Shown one piece after another: positions 19,223-27,972 of a DNA stretch of 64,000 nt. Under the pieces are notes generated by a model. That model did not search any database. It was not told where the DNA came from and saw only the letters and a list, made by a program, of their open reading frames with translations. Source of the stretch: Bryobacterales bacterium (lineage in GTDB: Bacteria > Acidobacteriota > Terriglobia > Bryobacterales > UBA6623); assembly GCA_965222095.1 (NCBI GenBank), contig CBDCTD010000001.1, positions 471,390-535,389 of the forward strand, in the 5' to 3' direction. Position 1 is the first letter of the stretch. Each line of letters begins with the position of its first letter. Made by a program: the position numbers and the translations under genes.

Positions 19223-19385
19223 TCCTCACGCAGCGCACGCTGAGATCCGTAAGCTGTCGGTCGACGCGCCCTTATCGGCCAAACCTCCTCCCCACAATGA
19301 GAATATGGATTTCCCCTCCTCAAAAAGGTCTTCCCTCCCCGAAAGTGATTCTAAGTAGTGTGCCCTAGCGCTTCCTTGATGGTTT

Positions 19386-22300
19386 TTGCTGTTTTTTAAG
19401 CCGATGGGTCTATTGAACGATCTCGTGGCCGATGTAATGATTACTTTGGGTTCTCAGATCGAGACTATTCCGATGAGTTTTTACAGTCAATACGAGTTGG
19501 TTCGGCTGGTCTGTCAAGCGAGGACGAAAACGTTTGAGGCCAAACAACTTGCCTCGAACCGACTTGTCTATTTGCACCTCTTCGACGACGACCCGGCTGT
19601 ACGCGATTCACTCCTGGAAAAAATAGGCTTCCTTGTCACAAACCCGCCGGCTTCGGGTCCGCTACCGATTCTTGACGTTGTCCAGTCCGCTGAATCTCCC
19701 TACGCCGTCACCGAAATCCTCGACCCCTTTACCAACCTCGAGGACTGGGTAGAAGCGCAGTACCACAAGATCGATGAAGCCGACAAGTCTCAGTGGCGGG
19801 AACAGATTGATTCCCGGCTTTGGGCGGGCGACCAGGAGGGTGCTCTCGAGGTGGCGCGTGACGCGCTGATTGAGCATCCCGAAGACAACGATCTTCGGAA
19901 AGCTGAACAGGTGCTTGATCGCCTGTGCCGCGGTCGACAGTTGTGCGCCGAAGGTAATGAAGAAGAAGGCCTGGAACTGTTGTCGCAGGCTCACCGGATC
20001 GACGAGCAAAACCAGCATGTCCGCAACGTCCTAACCACTTGCTTGATCGACGCAGCCGAGAAGCTGATCGATTTGCATTGGGAAGCCGGCGACAAGCGGG
20101 TGGAGGAGGCGCTGCAAATAGATCCGAACCACGAAAGAGCACAGCGCCTGCGCGAACGCATTGGACATAAACGCGAGGAATTCATCTGCTGGTGTCTCAC
20201 CCAGGCTCATCGTTTGCAAAGCCAGGGAGACCGCGCAGGCGCCATCGTTGTTGTGGAACAAGGACTGGCTTCCTATCCCCAGGAACAGCGGCTCCTCGAA
20301 CTAAAGGCAAGCCTGCAACGAAAGGCCGAGCCATCGCCGAGCAAGCCTACATCCAAAACCCTTGGGAAAGTCCACAGCCTTCGTGGATACCTCGAGAAAC
20401 TCAAAGACAAACTGCAAGCCAAGCTCCGCAAACTGGCACCCAAGCTCAGCAAACTCGCCGCCTATCTGCGTGACCGCTTGGCGCCGCTTGTCCCCTTGCA
20501 TCTCCAGGCCCGTCAGCGGTGGCTCTTACCGGTGCTTGTGAGCCTCTTGGCGACCCTCACCGTGATCGCGGTAACGCTGAGGATCTGGGGTACGGATTCC
20601 GAGCCGCCGCCCGAGGTCGCGGTTGCTCCGCCGCCGGTCTTTTCCGTGATAGTCAAAGCCGACCCGCCCGATGCGGCCATCTCGATTGACTCGGAGATGT
20701 GTGGAACGTCGACTTGCCGGGTGGAACTGGAGCAGGGTAAATACCGAGCGGACGCGGAATTACTTGGATACGATACTGCGACTCGTTTCTTCGACGTGGA
20801 TGAGCAATCCTCGGGGCAGCAGGATCCGATCGTACTGAGCTTGACTCCGCAAGCGCCTACCCTACAGCTCTCGTCTGACCTTGCCTGCGGGGAGGTCTCG
20901 CTCGACGGTGAACTGCTCGGCGAACTGGAAGACGGGCAACTGGAAGCGGAGCTGAATTCTCTCGAATCCGGCGAACATATCCTCGCTGTGTCGGGAGACG
21001 GATCCCGCGTGGAGATCAGGTTTGAGTCAAGCTCGGGATCCGCGGTCAAGATCCTCAGTCCTCTCGACACTCGAAACCTGAAGGCAATCCTCGTTAGCGG
21101 CCTAGGCCGGGAAGCTCGCCTGCACAGCAGCGAGACGGTAAAGGACGCGCGCCTGAACGGGGAGCCGCTGGAAGAGGTCGGGGCCGAGGGAGCCGCGCTG
21201 AATAATCTTTGGAAGGGAGAACACGAGCTCACGCTGGGCACCGGGCGCCGCGAACGAACCGTCTTGTTTGACCGTGGAGAGCGGCCCTATTTGGCGGCCT
21301 TCCTTAGGTCCCATCGTCCCCTGGGTGCCTTGCGAATCTCGACCGGAGAGGATGGAACCAGTGTTTTCTTGAACGGAAAAAGGTACCGCCGTGAAACTCG
21401 AAACGGTCGGTTGTTCATCTATCTCCATCCGAAACAGTACAAGGTTCGCGTTGAGAAAGAGGGCTTCGTAGCCCCCGCCGAGCGGGTGGTAGACATTCGG
21501 AAGGATGAGCAGGTTCGTTTGAATTTCTCCATGGTCCAAAGGCCCCAAGCCGCTTCGCTGCGGGTCTCCGGTGGGCCACCGGGCACCGAGGTGCTGCTCG
21601 ACGGTCAACGCCTGGGACGCATTTCCCCTAACGGAACTTTCGCAACCTCGGCAATAGGGCTCGGAGGCCATGAGATCATCCTCCGGCACGACCGTTATCT
21701 GGCCAAGGTTGTGGCGCGAGACTTTGCAGCCGGAACGACGGTTGAAATCGACGGTGCGCTAGAGCGAGGGCCGGGAACACTGCGCATTAACATCATTCCA
21801 CCCGATTTGAATGTCGCACTCACTCTCCGTCGCGATGGGGAGACCGCTGCGCGCGCCATTTCTGACAAGACGCTCTCGCTATCGCCCGGAACCTACACCG
21901 TCGGGGGCAAGGCTGCGGGATATCGGGACTACGCCGCCACAGCGCGGCTCGACGCGGGTCAATCCAAGACGTTGAGCCTGATCATGGAGCTCGACCAGTC
22001 GAAAAGGCGTCAGGAACCCGTCTCTGCCCTGGAAGAGTGGGGGAAAGGCCGCGGCTGGATGCGCGAAGGGCCGCTGTTGGTCCGCCGCGGAGGGAAGTTC
22101 GTTTTGGCACCCATCAAACCTGGTCCAGGAACTTACTCGTTCACCGCAATCGTGAAAAAAGGTCGACGGCTGGAGTGGGTCGTCAATTACCGGGACGAGG
22201 GAAACTATCTGCTCTACCAACTCGGAAAGAACTTCTTTCACCGTATAGAGGTTAGGGAAGGACAACGCTCCTCGCCTGTTAGGCTTCGTCACGACCTGCA

Positions 22301-22502
22301 CCCCAACGAGTTCGTCACCGTCCATATCGAGGTCACCGGCGACTCGATCGTTCAGCGAGCGCAACAAAACGGGCAGTCGGTTCTTCTCGACGAGTGGAAG
22401 CACTCCGGCGCCGGATTTACTCGAGGCCGCTTCGGCTTCCACGTCCCGGGCCGAGATCAAATCGCCCTGCGGGAGATAAGTTTCATCCCCCGAAGCGGCT
22501 AA
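19386..22502 (+). CDS. large bitopic protein: cytoplasmic helical/TPR-like region, one TM, PEGA-like repeats, C-terminal jelly-roll-like domain
   Basis: 1038-aa ORF; a more likely start is Met 19473 (MSFYSQYEL). The single TM is WLLPVLVSLLATLTVIAVTL. Repeated about 70-aa units resemble PEGA domains (VKADPPDAAISIDSEMCGTSTCRVELEQGKYRADAELLGYD...). Family assignments are from memory only. Confidence 0.6.
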   Translation: MLFFKPMGLLNDLVADVMITLGSQIETIPMSFYSQYELVRLVCQARTKTFEAKQLASNRLVYLHLFDDDPAVRDSLLEKIGFLVTNPPASGPLPILDVVQSAESPYAVTEILDPFTNLEDWVEAQYHKIDEADKSQWREQIDSRLWAGDQEGALEVARDALIEHPEDNDLRKAEQVLDRLCRGRQLCAEGNEEEGLELLSQAHRIDEQNQHVRNVLTTCLIDAAEKLIDLHWEAGDKRVEEALQIDPNHERAQRLRERIGHKREEFICWCLTQAHRLQSQGDRAGAIVVVEQGLASYPQEQRLLELKASLQRKAEPSPSKPTSKTLGKVHSLRGYLEKLKDKLQAKLRKLAPKLSKLAAYLRDRLAPLVPLHLQARQRWLLPVLVSLLATLTVIAVTLRIWGTDSEPPPEVAVAPPPVFSVIVKADPPDAAISIDSEMCGTSTCRVELEQGKYRADAELLGYDTATRFFDVDEQSSGQQDPIVLSLTPQAPTLQLSSDLACGEVSLDGELLGELEDGQLEAELNSLESGEHILAVSGDGSRVEIRFESSSGSAVKILSPLDTRNLKAILVSGLGREARLHSSETVKDARLNGEPLEEVGAEGAALNNLWKGEHELTLGTGRRERTVLFDRGERPYLAAFLRSHRPLGALRISTGEDGTSVFLNGKRYRRETRNGRLFIYLHPKQYKVRVEKEGFVAPAERVVDIRKDEQVRLNFSMVQRPQAASLRVSGGPPGTEVLLDGQRLGRISPNGTFATSAIGLGGHEIILRHDRYLAKVVARDFAAGTTVEIDGALERGPGTLRINIIPPDLNVALTLRRDGETAARAISDKTLSLSPGTYTVGGKAAGYRDYAATARLDAGQSKTLSLIMELDQSKRRQEPVSALEEWGKGRGWMREGPLLVRRGGKFVLAPIKPGPGTYSFTAIVKKGRRLEWVVNYRDEGNYLLYQLGKNFFHRIEVREGQRSSPVRLRHDLHPNEFVTVHIEVTGDSIVQRAQQNGQSVLLDEWKHSGAGFTRGRFGFHVPGRDQIALREISFIPRSG

Positions 22503-22514
22503 GTCACGCTACGC

Positions 22515-23636
22515 TAGTGCTTACTATCATAAATTAGCGTATGAATGAGAAAGGGGTCGCTGCTGGACGTTAGCCTTGGTCCATTCGAACGGGGCGGCGT
22601 TTTTGTTGTGCGCTTGGACGAAGCGGTCGATGGCCTGGCGTACTTCGTAAGGGGAGGTGAAACTGGCCCCGCGCAACGCTCTACGGCTGAGAATACTGAA
22701 CCAGATCTCGACCTGGTTGAGCCAGGAGGCGTAGGTGGGCGTGTAGTGCAGGTGCACCTTGCGGTGGCGTTTGAGCCAGCGATCACGTTTCGGTTTGTGG
22801 GTGTTGAGGTTGTCCAGTACGACGTGCAACTCAAAACCTTGGTAGAGATCGACCAGTTGATTCATGAAGTCAAGAAACTCACGCCGTCTGCGGCGCCGGT
22901 AATGCCCGGCCGTGACGTGGCCGGTGGCGACCTCCAGGGCCGCGAACAAGGTCGTTGTGCCGTGGCGCTTGTAGCCGTGCGAGAAACCCGTCAAAGCCTT
23001 GCCGTCGGGCAGTCTGAGCCAACCCTGGGCGCGCTCCAGGGCCTGGATGTTGGGCTTCTCGTCGACCGCCAGCACGATGGCGTTGTCAGGCGGGTGCAGA
23101 TAGAGTCCCACGATGTTGGCGGCTTTACGCGAGAATTCGGGATCGGTGGAGAGGCACCAACTACGCCGCCGGCACAACGAGATGCCGCGCCGACGCAACA
23201 CGCGCCAGACCTGTTGGTCGCTGACATCGCCCAGCGCCGCGGCCAGCCGTGGAGCCGTCCAGGTCGCCTGTCCGCAAGGCGGCGTGTCGTCCAGCTTTTG
23301 CAGAATGCGTTTTTCGGTGTCAGCGTCGTATCGCCGCGGCTTGCCGGGTCGCGTTTCATCCGCCAGACCGGCCAGTCGTTGGCCAGCGAAGCGCGTACGC
23401 CACTTCGACACTCGTGCGGCCCGCGTGCCCAACTGGGCGGCGATCTCCCGGTTCGACATCCCTTGCGCCGCCAACAAAATGATCCGGGCTCTGTCCGCCG
23501 CACGGCGCTCGCTCTTGTGCGCGCGTCCCCAGCCCTCCAACGTCCGGCGTTCCCCAGTACTGAGTCTGATACGCGTGGCTATTCTTGCCATGCCGCATTG
23601 TCTCATACATACGGTTATTTATGATAGTAAGCACTA
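22515..23636 (-). mobile_element. IS630-family insertion sequence with TA target duplication
   Basis: TIRs are GTGCTTACTATCATAAAT at 22517 and its reverse complement ending at 23634 (18 of 18 identical, about 30 of 33 when extended). TA flanks both sides (22515-16, 23635-36), and the reconstructed target reads CTAG. Confidence 0.9.
22527..23606 (-). CDS. IS630-family DDE transposase
   Basis: N-terminal HTH region (LSTGERRTLEGW..., MSNREIAAQLG...) and a DDE_3-like core (AVDEKPNIQALER..., LHVVLDNLNTHKPK..., ASWLNQVEIWF). The likely start is Met 23591. Confidence 0.9.
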   Translation of the reverse strand: MRQCGMARIATRIRLSTGERRTLEGWGRAHKSERRAADRARIILLAAQGMSNREIAAQLGTRAARVSKWRTRFAGQRLAGLADETRPGKPRRYDADTEKRILQKLDDTPPCGQATWTAPRLAAALGDVSDQQVWRVLRRRGISLCRRRSWCLSTDPEFSRKAANIVGLYLHPPDNAIVLAVDEKPNIQALERAQGWLRLPDGKALTGFSHGYKRHGTTTLFAALEVATGHVTAGHYRRRRRREFLDFMNQLVDLYQGFELHVVLDNLNTHKPKRDRWLKRHRKVHLHYTPTYASWLNQVEIWFSILSRRALRGASFTSPYEVRQAIDRFVQAHNKNAAPFEWTKANVQQRPLSHSYANL

Positions 23637-23643
23637 GATGCCT

Positions 23644-23753
23644 GGGTGTGTGAAAAAACCCTGGGTACAGTCCCTGCGCCTCTCGCAAGTCATTGATAAA
23701 GCGCCCCGTCCTTGCATGGCGCTTGGGACAGTCCCGGGTTTTTTCACACACCC
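23644..23753. repeat. palindromic intergenic element, copy F (PAL family)
   Basis: GGGTGTGTGAAAAAACCC (23644-23661) has a perfect inverted copy at 23736-23753. Inner GGGTACAGTCCC / GGGACAGTCCC cores are present. Confidence 0.85.
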
Positions 23754-24021
23754 TTCTGCTAGTGGCGGACACATCGCGACGGGCGAATCAGAGCTGCGAC
23801 CGCGAGGATCGGCGAAAAACCCCTGTGTTCAGGAACGAAAAGGAATGAGAATGTTTGAATCGGCGCTGAGCGGGATCGCGTGGCAAGGGAGCAGAAACCG
23901 GTTACATCGATGTGAATCGCGATCAGCTGTAGCGGAGGGCCGTGAACCTGGAAGAGCCGATGGAGCACACGGCGCGGTTGATTTGGGCGCTGCTGGGGAG
24001 GCTTCGGCCTCCGCGGCCCAG

Positions 24022-25386
24022 TTAGGGACCCGGTGCGGAGGCGCGCTCTTCGATGAGGCGCTCGATGAAGTGGGTGTCGTAGTTGCCGAGGGAAAAGTCG
24101 GAATCAGCCATGATGCGGCGGTGCAGGGGGATCGAGGTGTGGATGCCCTCGACGAGGAAGAAGTCGAGCGCCCGCTGCATGCGAGTAATGGCCTCGGTAC
24201 GGTCCCGGCCGTGGCTGATAAGCTTGGCGATCAGCGAGTCGTAGTAGGGCGGTACGAACCAACCCGGGTAGGCCGCGGTGTCAACGCGGATCCCAATGCC
24301 ACCTGGCATTAGTAGATTCGAGATGCGTCCGGCCGAGGGCGCAAAGGTCTCGGGGTTTTCGGCGTTGATGCGGCATTCAATGGCGTGGCCGCGAATGTCG
24401 ATCTTTTCGGGAACAACCGAGGACAGATGCTCACCGTCAGCGAGGAGAATCTGGCTCTTCACCAAGTCGACGCCGGTGATTTGTTCCGTGACGGGATGTT
24501 CGACTTGGATGCGCGCGTTGAGCTCGATGAAGTGGAGATCGCCACTGCCGTCCATTAGAAACTCGACGGTTCCTGCGTTCGAGTATCCGACCTTGGACAA
24601 TGCTTGGGCGATCTGGGTACCGAGACGATCGCGTGTTTCCTGGTCGAGACGAGGAGAGGGCGCTTCTTCGAGCAGTTTTTGGTGCCGGCGCTGGACAGAG
24701 CACTCTCGTTCGCCGAGCGTGATCACTCGACCATGGTTGTCGCCCAGCACCTGAAACTCGATGTGACGGGGCCGGTCAATGAACTTCTCAAGGTAGACTT
24801 CGGAGGACTGAAAGCTGACGGCGGCCTCATGTTGCGCCTGGTGGAAAAGCTCGGGCAGTTGACGGGAGTTGTGGACGACCCTCATCCCCCGGCCGCCACC
24901 GCCGGCAGCGGCCTTTATCATTACTGGAAAGCCAATGTCATTGGCCCACCGGTGGGCGTCTTCGACTGATTCCAGCGGTTCGTCGGTTCCCGGCAGGACG
25001 GGTAGTCCCGCTTCTTTCACCGCGCGGCGTGCTTGGGCCTTATCGCCCATCAGCCGAATCTGTTCCGGTTTCGGCCCGACGAAGGTGATGCCCGAAACCT
25101 CGCAGACCTCGGCGAAACTGGCGTCTTCGGCGAGGAAGCCGTAGCCGGGGTGAATGGCATCGACATCGGTGATCTCGGCGGCGCTGATCATCCGTGACAC
25201 ATTCAGGTAGCTCTCGGTGCTGCGCGGTGGACCGATGCAGAGGGCCTCGTCGGCATAGCGCACATGCAGCGAGCCGCGGTCGGCTTCCGAGTACACGGCT
25301 ACCGTGCGGATCCCGAGATCCTTGCACGCTGCGATGACGCGGAGGGCGATTTCACCCCGGTTGGCGATCAAGAGTTTCCTGAACAT
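24022..25386 (-). CDS. accC: acetyl-CoA carboxylase, biotin carboxylase subunit
   Basis: [26 protein letters not shown]... and the ATP-grasp core are highly characteristic. Start taken at Met 25386; the listed ORF extends to 25434. Confidence 0.95.
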   Translation of the reverse strand: MFRKLLIANRGEIALRVIAACKDLGIRTVAVYSEADRGSLHVRYADEALCIGPPRSTESYLNVSRMISAAEITDVDAIHPGYGFLAEDASFAEVCEVSGITFVGPKPEQIRLMGDKAQARRAVKEAGLPVLPGTDEPLESVEDAHRWANDIGFPVMIKAAAGGGGRGMRVVHNSRQLPELFHQAQHEAAVSFQSSEVYLEKFIDRPRHIEFQVLGDNHGRVITLGERECSVQRRHQKLLEEAPSPRLDQETRDRLGTQIAQALSKVGYSNAGTVEFLMDGSGDLHFIELNARIQVEHPVTEQITGVDLVKSQILLADGEHLSSVVPEKIDIRGHAIECRINAENPETFAPSAGRISNLLMPGGIGIRVDTAAYPGWFVPPYYDSLIAKLISHGRDRTEAITRMQRALDFFLVEGIHTSIPLHRRIMADSDFSLGNYDTHFIERLIEERASAPGP

Positions 25387-25407
25387 AGGAGCCTGAGGCT
25401 TTATGGG

Positions 25408-25508
25408 GCTGTGAAAAAATCGGGGACAGCCCACTTCGCGCCGATTTTAGCCATTGATTCCAAGAAGCTTATGCGGGTGGCGCTCGGTACAGCCCCCATT
25501 TTTTCACC
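25408..25508. repeat. palindromic intergenic element, copy E (PAL family)
   Basis: GTGAAAAAATCGGGGACAGCCCACTTCGCGCC ... GGCGCTCGGTACAGCCCCCATTTTTTCACC. It occupies most of the accB-accC spacer. Confidence 0.8.
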
Positions 25509-25512
25509 GTCC

Positions 25513-26040
25513 TTACGCGTTGGGCTTAAGAGCGAAAAGCGCGGCGCCGTAATCGACCGGCTGGGCGTTAGAGACGAATCGTTTGACGACCACGCCGCCG
25601 GTTTCAGCTTCAATCTCGTTCATCAGTTTCATGGCCTCGATGATGCAGAGCACCTGGCCGGTTTCGACTTTGTCGCCCACTTCGACGAACGGGGGTGCGT
25701 CGGGAGACGACGCCTCGTAAAAAGTCCCCACGATGGGGGCCGTTACCATGACCAAATCCTCCTCCTTGTCCGCGGACTCGTCGGTGGACGGCGCCGGGGG
25801 AGGGGTTTCTGTGGAAACAGGGTTGCTCGGCCGCGCTACGGGCGGCGGTTGAGCGGCTTCGGCAATCGAGGGAGGGGTGGCAGCCACAACTACGTAGGGC
25901 GGCGAGTTGGGGTTGTCTGACGGTCCGCTGCGCGGAAAACGGCGGATGCGCAGCTTCTCGTCTCCCTTTTCGAATTCGAGCTCGGCTATGTCCTTTTCGA
26001 TGGCGGTGTCGATCAGGGCTTTGATCTGTCTTAGGTTCAT
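25513..26040 (-). CDS. accB: acetyl-CoA carboxylase biotin carboxyl carrier protein
   Basis: Pro/Ala-rich linker and the biotinylation motif CIIEAMKLMNEIEAE. Confidence 0.9.
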   Translation of the reverse strand: MNLRQIKALIDTAIEKDIAELEFEKGDEKLRIRRFPRSGPSDNPNSPPYVVVAATPPSIAEAAQPPPVARPSNPVSTETPPPAPSTDESADKEEDLVMVTAPIVGTFYEASSPDAPPFVEVGDKVETGQVLCIIEAMKLMNEIEAETGGVVVKRFVSNAQPVDYGAALFALKPNA

Positions 26041-26086
26041 GGAATGGCCGAGTTCTGCTTCACTTTGAAGTGAGGCAACGTTGGGA

Positions 26087-27199
26087 TCAAAACTGCCGAA
26101 GTTCGCGGGATGTCGGGGTCAGGATCTCGCAACCGTTTCGCTTGACGAGGACGACGTCTTCAAGACGCGCGCCGCCGACGCCTTCCAAGTAAGCACCCGG
26201 TTCGATTGTCACGACCATACCGGCGGCTAGTCTCGTATCCTGCTTGGGCCCGAGGCGTGGTCCTTCGTGAATCTCAAGACCGAGTCCATGTCCCGTCGAG
26301 TGGGTAAAGGCCTTGTCGAGCTTGAACTGGCGCAACACCTGGCGGGCTTTGCGGTCCACGGTTTTGGCTCTGATACCGGACCGAACTGCGGCCAGAGCCG
26401 CGGAGTGAGCCTCTCGGACAGCTTTGAAAATCGTCCTGGCTCGTGCATCCAGGCGCCCGAGGCACAACATACGAGTCATGTCACTCGTATAGCCATCGAG
26501 TATAGCACCCTGATCGACGACGATGAGGGCCTGCGGGGCGAGTCGGTGGCGGGTCGGTTGGGCGTGTGGCAGCGAGGAGCGCTCCCCGCCGGCAACGATG
26601 GTGTCAAACGCCGCCCTGTCGGCGCCGAGGCGTCGCATTTGGTATTCGATCTCAGCCGCGAGGCGCGCTTCTGTCCATGGGGGTCGGAGTTGCCGGCAAG
26701 CTCGCTCAAAGGCTTCGGAGTTCAACTTGACGGCCCGACGAATCAGCTCGACCTCCGTCGGGCTTTTGATCAGTCGCAGCTCTTCAACGATGCCACTGAG
26801 CGGCTCGAGGCGTCTGCCGCGAAGGCTTTCCCGCAGGCAGCGATACGTCTCAAACGAGACGCGGTTTTGCTCGAAGGCCAGGCGCCGGATGCGGCGCTTG
26901 CGGATATCGTCGGTAACCGCGGATAGCGGCCCGTCGGCGGCCACTACGATCTCGACGTCTGTGGTCTGTTGCTTTGCTTGTGTAGCGTAGCGCCCGTCCA
27001 CGTAGAGGAACGCGCTTTCGGGATCTACTACCAAATAACCGAGGCCTCCCGTGAACCCCGTGAGGTAACGGATATTCGCGAGTCCGGCGACCAGAAAATG
27101 CTCGTGCCCGCCCCGGGCCATGGCGGTACGCAACGCACTCAGGCGGGATCGCCCTTCCGTTTCGGGTTGCCGATGCTTGGTTTCGGTGGCAGGTGTCAT
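26087..27199 (-). CDS. M24-family Xaa-Pro aminopeptidase
   Basis: Pita-bread fold motifs are present (DGYTSDMTR, HSTGHGLGLEIHEGP, VVTIEPG). Confidence 0.85.
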   Translation of the reverse strand: MTPATETKHRQPETEGRSRLSALRTAMARGGHEHFLVAGLANIRYLTGFTGGLGYLVVDPESAFLYVDGRYATQAKQQTTDVEIVVAADGPLSAVTDDIRKRRIRRLAFEQNRVSFETYRCLRESLRGRRLEPLSGIVEELRLIKSPTEVELIRRAVKLNSEAFERACRQLRPPWTEARLAAEIEYQMRRLGADRAAFDTIVAGGERSSLPHAQPTRHRLAPQALIVVDQGAILDGYTSDMTRMLCLGRLDARARTIFKAVREAHSAALAAVRSGIRAKTVDRKARQVLRQFKLDKAFTHSTGHGLGLEIHEGPRLGPKQDTRLAAGMVVTIEPGAYLEGVGGARLEDVVLVKRNGCEILTPTSRELRQF

Positions 27200-27972
27200 T
27201 CGACGGCCGGTGAAAGCCGAATCCTCAAGCTGCCGGTTTGGGAGGAGATGTCCACCTTGGGGAAGGAAACCACATCGAAGACGACTCGGGCTAGCGGCGG
27301 ATTCACTTGATGTTGTCCGACGCGGACACGTTTTATGGAAGGGTCGGAGATGGCCTGCGATCTCTGGCCGAGGGGAATCGCGACCCGGAAGGCAGGGATG
27401 TCTATCACTACTCTGTTTGGGTTGCCGATTCGAAATGTGGTGTAGGTTGGTCTGCCATTACCAAGGAGAACGACCTGCACAATGTCACCCTGGGTCACCT
27501 GCCGGAGCTGCAATAGCTCGCCACCAGAGGGGGAGGCGAGAGGCTCTTCTGGGGGCGGTTCAGGGTCTGGCGAACCCAGCTGTGAGCTTGCAGGCTCGGA
27601 AGGCGAGCCGGCTACGGTTTCGAGAGATGATGGCCCAGGAGCCGGTTCCGTGGGAAGTGGGTCCGCGGCAGGATCGACGGGTGTTCCGGCTTCCCCTGCA
27701 AGAGTTACGGGTTCGCCCAGGGGTTCGGTGTCCGCGCCAAGATCCCCTGACGGCGAGGGGCTGGCGAGCACGCTCGACGCTTGGTCGTCTATCACGCCTG
27801 TTTCGAGCTCGAAGAGCCCGAACCCGAGGCGCAGGACCGAGAAGCCTAGCGCCAAGAATACGACAGCTAGGACAAGCTCGCGTTTAGAAACAAAGGCTGA
27901 CCAGCCGCGTGGCTCGAGCGTTGCTTGCCAGCCGGGCTTGATCCGAGGACGCAGCAGGTCAATCTCTATCAT
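27196..27972 (-). CDS. PilN-like bitopic protein with Pro/Ser-rich linker and C-terminal AMIN domain
   Basis: The N-terminus MIEIDLLRPR is like the PilN INLLP motif, followed by the TM LVLAVVFLALGFSVL. The C-terminal about 100 aa match the AMIN pattern (VVLLGNGRPTYTTFRIGNPNRVVIDIP...VRVGQHQVNPPLARVVFDV). The start overlaps the pilM stop by 4 nt. Confidence 0.6.
   Translation of the reverse strand: MIEIDLLRPRIKPGWQATLEPRGWSAFVSKRELVLAVVFLALGFSVLRLGFGLFELETGVIDDQASSVLASPSPSGDLGADTEPLGEPVTLAGEAGTPVDPAADPLPTEPAPGPSSLETVAGSPSEPASSQLGSPDPEPPPEEPLASPSGGELLQLRQVTQGDIVQVVLLGNGRPTYTTFRIGNPNRVVIDIPAFRVAIPLGQRSQAISDPSIKRVRVGQHQVNPPLARVVFDVVSFPKVDISSQTGSLRIRLSPAVE

Noticed and set aside
22545-23624. Long antisense ORFs overlap recognised genes. 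Examples: 22545-23624, 14894-15877, 16779-17675, 17710-18792, 53093-53962, 61660-62355, 25264-25920, 27120-27887.
   Set aside because: These are high-GC shadow ORFs. In most cases the opposite strand encodes a protein with clear family motifs, and the shadow products are Arg/Pro/Gly-rich with no motifs.
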